The translations under genes and the position numbers were made by a program. Positions 56,373 to 64,000 of a stretch of DNA of 64,000 nt are shown in pieces. A model generated the notes under the pieces. It did no database searches and was not told the DNA's origin. It was given only the letters and a program-made list of their open reading frames with translations. Positions within the stretch are counted from its first letter, which is position 1; every line of letters begins with the position of its first letter. The DNA is from Eledone cirrhosa (taxonomy: Eukaryota), in assembly GCA_964016885.1 (NCBI GenBank), contig OZ024766.1:14508001-14572000 (forward strand). The letters are read 5' to 3'.

Positions 56373-59300
56373 ACGAAGGAAATGTGGTAAGGAACCAGGT
56401 GGACCATAACGCACCAAAGTACTCAATACTTGAGGTAGTAGAGTGGGTAATAGGAACCTTATTATATATTTATATATATATATATATAAATAATATATTA
56501 ATAAATGGAAACTATATTTATAAAACCATATTTATTTTATTATACATATTTCAAGGGCAACCAAGGCAAACTGTTGAGTGCTTTATATCAGTTATAAAAA
56601 TGTTTAAGCTTATTGAATCCCAACAAATTAAATATAACCTCTGCATATATATATATTTATATATATATATATAAATATATATAATACAACATTAGAATTA
56701 CTACTACATTTTACTTTCTATCTCTGTCTCTCACATCTCTTTCTCTCCCTCTATCTCCCTCTCTCGATATCCCTCTCTTTCTCTCACCCCCCTCTCTCTC
56801 TCTATCTCTCTCTATCTCTCCTCCTGTCTCTCCCATACACTTACCTAAGGTCATGTAATTTAACTGGGTGTGACTTTCTCTAAAAGTTAATACAAAGACT
56901 TGCTTTCAACTGACAGAAACATAGCTACAATGTTGCACACTCATATCATGTGTCTGTATGGCTGACTGCCAGAACTTCATACAGAAATAAAAAACCCACA
57001 CAACCAACATTCTGGGGTTGATAAAATATAATTGTTTCTAATTATATTGACTAATTATATTTACGAATAATATTGACTAATAATATTGACTAATAATATT
57101 GACTAATTATATTGACTAATTATATTTACTAATAATATTGACTAATAATATTGACTAATAATATTGACTAATTATATTGACTAATTATATTTACTAATAA
57201 TATTGACTAATAATATTGACTAATAATATTGACTAAGTATATTTACTAATAATATTGACTAATAATATTGACTTATTATATTGACTAATTATATTGACTA
57301 ATTATATTGACTAATTATATTGACTAATTATATTGACTAATTATATTGACTAATAATATTGACTAATTATATTTACTAATAATATTGACTAATTATATTG
57401 ACTAATTATATTTACTAATTATATTTACTAATAATATTTACTAATAATATTGACTAATAATATCGACTAATTATATTGACGAATTATATTGACTAATTAT
57501 ATTTACTAATTATATTGACTAATTATATTGACTAATTATATTTACTAATTATATTGACTAATTATATTTACTAATAATAGTAACTAATTATATGAACTAA
57601 TAATTGTTTCTACGTTAGGAACAAGGCCAGCAATTACCCAGTACATTACTGGTACTTTATTTTATCGACCCCGTAAGGATGAAAGGCAAAGTTAACCTCA
57701 TTAACTAATTATATTGACTAATTATATTAACTAATAATATTAACTAATATTATCACCTAATAATATTAACTAATAACATTCACTAATTATATTAACTAAT
57801 AATATTAACTAATATTATCATCTAATAATATTCACTAATAATTTAAATAATTTTTACATTAGGCACAAGGCCAGCAATTACCCCAGTGTATTACTGGTAC
57901 TTTATTTTATCAACCCCGTAAGGATGAAAGGCAAAGTTAACCTCGGCGGGATTTGAATTAGTTAATATTATTCGGTGGATTGGCAGTATTGTTGGAGCGT
58001 CGGACGCCTTGCTTTGATGCATAGAGTTATATAATTAGTAAATATTATTAGTTAATATTATTAGTTAATATTATTTAGTTAATATTATTAGTTAATATTA
58101 TTAGTCAATATAATTAGTTAATATTATTAGTTAATATAATTAGTTAATATTATTAGTTAATATTATTAGTCAATAATAACATTAATGGCAGTGGATTGGC
58201 AGTATCAGTGGAGGGTCGGACGCCATGCTTTGATGCATAGAGTTACGGCCCTTGCCATTCTGAGTTCAAATCCCACCGAGGTTAACTTTGCCTTTCATCC
58301 TTACGGGGTCGATAAAATAAAGTAGCAGTAATTCACTGGGGTAATTGCTGGCCTTGTGCCTAACGTAGAAACAATTATTAACTAATATTACTAACTAATA
58401 ATATTGATTGTTGACTAGAAATTTAGAGATTATTTTAATGGTTTCTGATTTAGATGCAAGGCCAACACATTTGGGGAAGGGGTGTTGATTGACCCCAGTG
58501 TGTTACTGGTACTTTATTTTATCAACCCAGTAAGGATGAAAGGCAAAGCTTACCTTGATGGGATTTGAACTCAGAACGTAAAGGGCCGTAACTGGGTTCA
58601 AATCCTACTGAAGTTATAGCTCTGGCTTTCATCCTAACAGGGTTGATAAAGTAAAGTACCAGTAACGTACTGGGGTTGATGAAGTAAAGTACCTGTAACG
58701 TTCTTGGGTTGATAAAGTAAGGTACCAGTAATGTACTGGGGTTGATAAAGTAAAGTACCAGTAATGTACTGGGGTTGATAAAGTAAAGTACCAGTAACGT
58801 ACTGGGGTTGATAAAGTAAAGTACCAGTAATGTACTGGGGTTGATAAAGTAAAGTACCAGTAATGTACTGGGTTTGATAAAGTAAAGTATCAGTAACGTA
58901 CTGGGGTTGATAAAGTAAAGTACCAGTAACGTACTGGGGTTGATAAAGTAAAGTACCAGTAATGTACGGGGGTTGATAAAGTAAAGTACCAGTAACGTAC
59001 TGGGGTTGATAAAGTAAAGTACCAGTAATGTACTGGGGTTGATAAAGTAAAGTACCAGTAATGTACTGGGTTTGATAAAGTAAAGTATCAGTAACGTACT
59101 GGGGTTGATAAAGTAAAGTACCAGTAACGTACTGGGGTTGATAAAGTAAAGTACCAGTAATGTACGGGGGTTGATAAAGTAAAGTACCAGTAACGTACTG
59201 GGGTTGATAAAGTAAAGTACCAGTAATGTACTGGGGTTGATAAAGTAAAGTACCAGTAACGTACTGGGGTTGATAAAATAAAGTACCAGTAATGTACTGG

Positions 59301-59633
59301 GATTGATAAAATAAACTACCAGTAACGTACTGGGGTTGATAAAGTAAAGTACCAGGAATGTACTGGGGTTGATAAAGTAAAGTACCAGTAATGTACTGGG
59401 GTTGATAAAATAAAGTACCAGTAATGTACTGGGGTTGACAAAATAAAGTACCTGGACTGGTGAGAGATAAAAGCTGAGATATGAAAATAACTAACCTTTC
59501 TGACAACTGTTTCCTTCATAACCTGGAGCACATCTACCCCTTGAACAGATCCCTAATTCCACATTACACCTGTTGTTATCTTCACAATGACACACCTGAT
59601 CACAGTTGGCACCAAGTCTTCCACTACTGCACA
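2556..59633 (-). CDS. Internal part of a multi-exon gene encoding a multiple-EGF-like-repeat protein (MEGF10/CED-1/Draper/SCARF-type repeats); 12 exons, 552 aa if all are joined
   Basis: Twelve 138-nt exons, each with acceptor tgttttcctgttacag and donor AAAG|gttagt. Joining G+TG gives Val and keeps the frame. The orthologue cannot be named because no start, transmembrane or cytoplasmic exon is visible. Confidence 0.8.
3028..3256. mobile_element. piggyBac-type MITE (~221 bp) with TTAA target-site duplication, present in every unit
   Basis: ttaa-CCCTTTAGCA (3028-3041) ... TGCTAAAGGG-ttaa (3243-3256). Confidence 0.8.
3385..3675 (+). mobile_element. Degenerate or composite SINE remnants of a second type
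   Basis: B-box-like gagttcaattc followed by tccttgagcaagacacttt; later ttaggaagggcatc...ctgtagaaa and the tail ggacgtaaaatgaaatgat. Family recognised from memory only. Confidence 0.6.
3876..4184 (+). mobile_element. 5'-truncated LINE (CR1/L2-like) 3' end: ORF2 C-terminus remnant plus 3' UTR, present in every unit
   Basis: Translates RIRSRYYNNLGFKGPHLFNKLPRNLRDLHGVDVDVFKEHLDTLL, then frameshifts (cctggatgagccc, a DEP-like motif). Ends ccccagcatggcc...taaaagagtaaaaga and lies between (TA)n tracts. Confidence 0.75.
4212..4517 (+). mobile_element. Penelope-like element pLTR fragment with a 57-bp inverted repeat, inserted in (TA)n; present after exons 1, 2, 4, 5, 7, 9, 10 and 11
   Basis: 4302-4358 is the exact reverse complement of 4461-4517. 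The fragment contains a minimal hammerhead motif. Inverted partial pLTRs and hammerheads are known features of Penelope-like elements. Confidence 0.65.
4411..4477 (+). ncRNA. Minimal type I hammerhead ribozyme motif (copy after exon 1)
   Basis: Stem I ttttat (4411-16); CTGATGA (4417-23); stem II 4424-4459 (15 of 16 positions pair, including G-U, with a 4-nt loop); GAAA (4460-63); palindromic tgcgca; UH = TA (4470-71); stem I ataaaa (4472-77). Confidence 0.8.
6118..6306 (+). mobile_element. Additional full SINE copy found only before exons 2, 7, 9 and 11
   Basis: gggcggtggattggcagtatcgg...gagttcaaatcccgccgaggtagactttgcctttcatcc...gaaacaatt; also at ~32871, 42569 and 52682. Confidence 0.85.
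6845..7429 (+). repeat. 33-bp minisatellite, ~17.7 copies (same length at 43296-43880 and 53409-53993)
   Basis: Direct periodicity. Confidence 0.95.
7472..7609 (-). CDS. EGF-like exon copy 2 (consensus, ...GYEGNSCQK)
   Basis: Same splice sites, open frame. Confidence 0.9.
9330..9396 (+). ncRNA. Hammerhead motif (after exon 2)
   Basis: Same sequence as 4411-4477. Confidence 0.8.
12075..12889 (+). repeat. 33-bp minisatellite, ~24.7 copies (same length at 23164-23978 and 58639-59453)
   Basis: Direct periodicity. Confidence 0.95.
12932..13069 (-). CDS. EGF-like exon copy 3 (consensus)
   Basis: Same splice sites, open frame. Confidence 0.9.
15198..15273. repeat. ~76-bp imperfect palindrome, with a truncated form in most units (e.g. 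4767-4830)
   Basis: ataggaaaagagccaggaacccaacagctgagctctgg|ccagagatcagcagttggggtcctgactcttttcctat. Confidence 0.85.
17402..18150 (+). repeat. 33-bp minisatellite, ~22.7 copies
   Basis: Direct periodicity. Confidence 0.95.
18193..18330 (-). CDS. EGF-like exon copy 4 (E26Q plus synonymous CAG>CAA at Q13)
   Basis: Same splice sites; ORF track shows NVQLG; + strand reads acacttgatc instead of acacctgatc. Confidence 0.9.
20049..20115 (+). ncRNA. Hammerhead motif (after exon 4), one stem II substitution
   Basis: Core intact; aaataatattgc instead of aaatattattgc. Confidence 0.78.
24021..24158 (-). CDS. EGF-like exon copy 5 (C11R, 7 Cys)
   Basis: Same splice sites; TGT>CGT, ORF track shows GANRDQ. 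Confidence 0.88.
25876..25942 (+). ncRNA. Hammerhead motif (after exon 5)
   Basis: Same sequence as 4411-4477. Confidence 0.8.
28943..29625 (+). repeat. 33-bp minisatellite, ~20.7 copies
   Basis: Direct periodicity. Confidence 0.95.
29668..29805 (-). CDS. EGF-like exon copy 6 (consensus)
   Basis: Same splice sites, open frame. Confidence 0.9.
33597..34281 (+). repeat. 33-bp minisatellite, ~20.7 copies
   Basis: Direct periodicity. Confidence 0.95.
34324..34461 (-). CDS. EGF-like exon copy 7 (consensus)
   Basis: Same splice sites, open frame. Confidence 0.9.
36179..36245 (+). ncRNA. Hammerhead motif (after exon 7)
   Basis: Same sequence as 4411-4477. Confidence 0.8.
39107..39393 (+). repeat. 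33-bp minisatellite, ~8.7 copies
   Basis: Direct periodicity. Confidence 0.95.
39436..39573 (-). CDS. EGF-like exon copy 8 (consensus)
   Basis: Same splice sites, open frame. Confidence 0.9.
43923..44060 (-). CDS. EGF-like exon copy 9 (consensus)
   Basis: Same splice sites, open frame. Confidence 0.9.
45776..45842 (+). ncRNA. Hammerhead motif (after exon 9)
   Basis: Same sequence as 4411-4477. Confidence 0.8.
49120..49257 (-). CDS. EGF-like exon copy 10 (G41R, as copy 1)
   Basis: Same splice sites; GYERNSC. Confidence 0.9.
50975..51041 (+). ncRNA. Hammerhead motif (after exon 10)
   Basis: Same sequence as 4411-4477. Confidence 0.8.
54036..54173 (-). CDS. EGF-like exon copy 11 (consensus)
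   Basis: Same splice sites, open frame. Confidence 0.9.
55894..55960 (+). ncRNA. Hammerhead motif (after exon 11)
   Basis: Same sequence as 4411-4477. Confidence 0.8.
59496..59633 (-). CDS. EGF-like exon copy 12 (consensus)
   Basis: Same splice sites, open frame. Confidence 0.9.
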
Positions 59634-61131
59634 CTGTAACAGGAAAACATTGGTGTAGATCAGGGATTGCCAACTTCTTTGCCTCCATGGGCCGGACGAA
59701 CGCCATAAAAGAATAATTATGGAAAATTACACAAGCTAAAATTTTTATCTCGAGTGTCGACTATACTATTCATTTCTCAAATCTTGAATTATATTCACAA
59801 ATACCTCTGAATCCTGTGATTTCCCTCCTTGAAATGATGGAAAATGCACATAATTTTTATTTCAAAGTTGATGTTCCCACAACTGTAGCTTTTTTTCAAA
59901 GGCAACAATATGGTTATACATTTCATTTACGAGCTGAGTTTTACCTTGAAGTTGTAAATTTAAGTTATTTAACCCTTTAGCACTTACATTACTCTATATT
60001 TACTATTGTAATGTCACAGTAAACACTTAATTTTATATAGTTATCTCACATAATATTGAATCTATAAGATTTTGATATTATTTATTTTGAGAAGAATACC
60101 TTAACGTCAGTATGAGTGGCTAGTTACAGCCGGTTTGAACAGAAAAAAGTGAGAGATTTCTGGCCGGATATGGCCGGTTTAAATGCTAAAGGGTTAAACG
60201 AGTCACAATATCCTCAATAAATACCAAAGTTGTAACAGCAGGCCTTTTATTGTATTCGAAAGGAATAATACGTATTATTCTTTTATAATCTTTTATAATC
60301 TCTATAATTGTATTATTCTTTATCGAAAGGTTGTGAGTTCAATTCTCCGACCGGTTAACGTGTTGTTTCCTTGAGCAAACACTTTATTTCAAATTGCTCC
60401 AGTTTACTCAGCTGTAGAAATGAGATGATAGGGACTGGAGTCCCTATCATTCCACTGTAAAGTGGTCGTAGCGGTGCCACGGCAAAAAATCACCCAGCAC
60501 TCACTGTAAATGAGGTTGGTTTTAGGAAGGGCATCAAGCTGTAGAAATCAAGCCAGAATCAGTTCCTGTCCCACTCTTGCAAGCAGGGAAAAGGGGACGT
60601 AAAATGAAATGATTTCATAATTCAGGGGTTGATAAAATATAGTACCAGTGATATCCTGGGGTAGATTTAATAGAATAGCTTAACACACACTCACATATAT
60701 ATATATATCTACTAACCAAAGTATCGCGTGATCTGGTGCGTTATGGTCCACCTCGTTCCTTACCATACTTCCTACCACACACACACACACACATATATAG
60801 ATATATACTTATAAATATATACAGAATAAGGAGCAGGTATTACAATAACCTGGGGTTCAAGGGCCCTCACCTCTTCAACAAGCTGCCAAGGAATTTGAGA
60901 GATCTGCACGGTGTGGACGTGGATGTTTTCAAGGAACATCTCGACACCCTGTTACCAGGATCCTGGATGAGCCCACAGCATGGTTCGAAGGTAACCTAAG
61001 GGCAGCAACAACGAACCCCCTCTTTGCCGAATGGCCAACCAACACAGGTTGGAGAAAGAATGTGTAACAAGGGCATGCCCCAGCATGGCCTCAACTGGAT
61101 CGCTGGAACACGTTAAAAGAGTCAAAGAGAA

Positions 61132-61162
<31 letters not shown>

Positions 61163-61835
61163 TTATATTTATATTTCTGGCTATTTCTGGCTGTCGATGG
61201 TCCTATTCAGGCCACTGGGATGACGTTGTTCAACGAGTGTATTTTTAAAAAATGCAACACGTGGTTCAAATCATTCGCAGATTTGCATTTGCTGTGTAAA
61301 CGCAGATGGTTATTTTTCTTCTCATTTGGTGAACATCGAAGAATTTAACTGCTGTGATTTACGGATTAATAGGTGAAATATATTTCTTACTTAAAGAAAT
61401 ATATACAAAGGAGATTAATCATTTTAAAAGGTATCTATATTTGAAGTTCTAGTCAAGCTTTAATTAGTTACCTACCTAGCTATGTGTGCCTACATTCTTT
61501 ACAAATTATTCCCTGTGATTGTTTCATGTATTTATTATATATATATATATATATGTCAATCTATTTCTAGTTGATATGTAATGCTCGGATCTAATCTTTC
61601 AGCTTATTCTACGCATGGCGCATGTCTCTCAGACATGACAACCCTTAGTTTTAATTTTGGATATATATATATATACATATATGTATATATATATATGTGT
61701 GTGTGTGTGTATATATATATATATCTCAGAGTACTCAATACTTAGGGTAGAAGAGTGGGTAATAGGAAAAGAGCCAGGAACCCAACAGCTGAGCTCTGGC
61801 CAGAGATCAGCAGTTGGGGTCCTGACTCTTTTCCT

Positions 61836-61882
<47 letters not shown>

Positions 61883-62023
61883 TAAATGGAAACTATATTT
61901 ATAAAACCATATTTATTTTATTATACATATTTCAAGGCAAACAAGGCAAACTGTTGAGTGCTTTATATCAGTTATAAACATTTTTAAGCTTATTGAATCC
62001 CAACAAATTAAATATAACCTCTG

Positions 62024-62054
<31 letters not shown>

Positions 62055-64000
62055 CAACATTAGAATTACTACTACATTTTACTTTCTATCTCTCTGCCTC
62101 TTCCACTTTTAGTCTCCATTCTTCCCACTTTCTCTCTCTCCCTCTCTCTCTGTCTCTCTCACATCTCTTTCTCTCCCGCTATCTCCCTCTCTCGATATCC
62201 CTCTCTTTCTCTCTCTCTCTGTCTCTCTCGCCCCCTCTCTCTTTATCTCTCCTCCTGTCTCTCCCATACACTTACCTAAGGTCATGTAATTTAACTGGGT
62301 GTGACTTTCTCTAAAAGTTAATACAAAGACTTGCTTTCAACAGACAGAAACATAGCTACGATGTTGCACACTCATATCATGTGTCTGTATGGCTGACTGT
62401 CTGAACTTCATACAGAAATAAAAAACCCACACAACCAACATTCTGGGGTTGATAAAATATAATTGTTTCTAATTATATTGACTAATTATATTTACTAATA
62501 ATATTGAGTAATAATATTGACTAATTATATTGACTAATTATATTGACTAATTATATTGAGTAATAATATTGAGTAATAATATTGACTAATTATATTGACT
62601 AATTATATTGACTAATTATATTGACTAATTATATTGACTAATTATATTGACTTATATTGACTAATTATATTTACTAATAGTATTGACTAATTATATTGAC
62701 TAATTATATTGACTAATTATATTGACTAATAATATTGACTAATTATATTGACTAATTATATTGACTAATTATATTGACTAATTATATTGACTAATTATAT
62801 TGACTAATTATATTGACTAATTATATTTACTAATTATATTGACTAATTATATTTACGAATAATAGTAACTAATTATATTAACTAATAATTGTTTCTACGT
62901 TAGGCACAAGGCCAGCAATTACCCAGTACATTACTGGTACTTTATTTTATCGACCCCGTAAGGATGAAAGGCAAAGTTAACCTCATTAACTAATTATATT
63001 GACTAATTATATTAACTAATAATATTAACTAATATTATCACCTAATAATATTAACTAATAACATTCACTAATTATATTAACTAATAATATTAACTAATAT
63101 TATCAACTAATAATATTCACTAATAATTTAAATAATTTTTACATTAGGCACAAGGCCAGCAATTACCCCAGTGTATTACTGGTACTTTATTTTATCAACC
63201 CCGTAAGGATGAAAGGCAAAGTTAACCTCGGCGGGATTTGAATTAGTTAATATTATTCGGTGGATTGGCAGTATCGGTGGAGCGTCGGACGCCATGCTTT
63301 GATGCATAGAGTTATATAATTAGTAAATATTATTAGTTAATATAATTAGTTAATATAATTAGTTAATATTATTAGTTAATATAATTAGTTAATATTATTA
63401 GTTAATATTATTAGTTAATATTATTAGTTAATATTATTTAGTTAATATTATTAGTCAATATAATTAGTTAATATTATTAGTTAATATAATTAGTTAATAT
63501 TATTAGTTAATATTATTAGTCAATAATAATATTAATGGCAGTGGATTGGCAGTATCAGTGGAGGGTCGGACGCCATGCTTTGATGCATAGAGTTACGGCC
63601 CTTGCCATTCTGAGTTCAAATCCCACCGAGGTTAACTTTGCCTTTCATCCTTACGGGGTCGATAAAATAAAGTAGCAGTAATTCACTGGGGTAATTGCTG
63701 GCCTTGTGCCTAACGTAGAAAAAATTATTAACTAATATTTCTAACTAATAATATTGATTGTTGACTAGAAATTTAGAGATTATTTTAATGGTTTCTGATT
63801 TAGATGCAAGGCCAACACATTTGGGGAAGGGGTGTTGATTGACCCCAGTGTGTTACTGGTACTTTATTTTATCAACCCAGTAAGGATGAAAGGCAAAGCT
63901 TACCTTGATGGGATTTGAACTCAGAACGTAAAGGGCCGTAACTGGGTTCAAATCCTACTGAAGTTATAGCTCTAGCTTTCATCCTAACAGGGTTGATAAA

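Larger units (their letters stand above)
1..64000. repeat. Tandem macrosatellite of ~4.5-5.8 kb exon+intron units (12 exon-bearing copies, open at both window ends)
   Basis: The same landmarks recur in the same order. The EGF ORF starts at 2551, 7467, 12927, 18188, 24016, 29663, 34319, 39431, 43918, 49115, 54031 and 59491 (spacings 4916, 5460, 5261, 5828, 5647, 4656, 5112, 4487, 5197, 4916, 5460). Confidence 0.98.
46565..64000. repeat. Second copy of a 9-unit higher-order repeat (period 46,564 bp), matching ~1..17410
   Basis: Units 10, 11 and 12 lie exactly 46,564 bp from units 1, 2 and 3. They share the diagnostic variants of those units (G41R exon, minisatellite lengths, indel types). Confidence 0.93.

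Overview
AT-rich eukaryotic DNA, most likely octopus or another coleoid cephalopod. That assignment is an inference from the SINE, LINE and MITE families, not from a database search. The whole window is one tandem array of a ~4.5-5.8 kb unit (12 exon-bearing copies plus partial copies at both ends). Each unit carries one 138-nt, phase 1-1, minus-strand exon encoding a 46-aa, 8-Cys EGF-like repeat of the MEGF10/CED-1/Draper/SCARF type. The window is therefore the interior of one very large gene whose coding sequence was amplified together with its intron; neither gene end is visible. The units form a 9-unit higher-order repeat of about 46,564 bp and are mosaics of shared structural variants. 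Each intron contains tRNA-derived SINEs in both orientations, two SINE-derived satellites (13 bp and 33 bp), a TTAA piggyBac-type MITE and a LINE 3' fragment. Eight of the 12 introns also hold a Penelope-like pLTR fragment with an apparently intact minimal type I hammerhead ribozyme on the strand antisense to the gene. Nearly all ORF-track entries outside the EGF exon and the LINE fragment are repeat artefacts.
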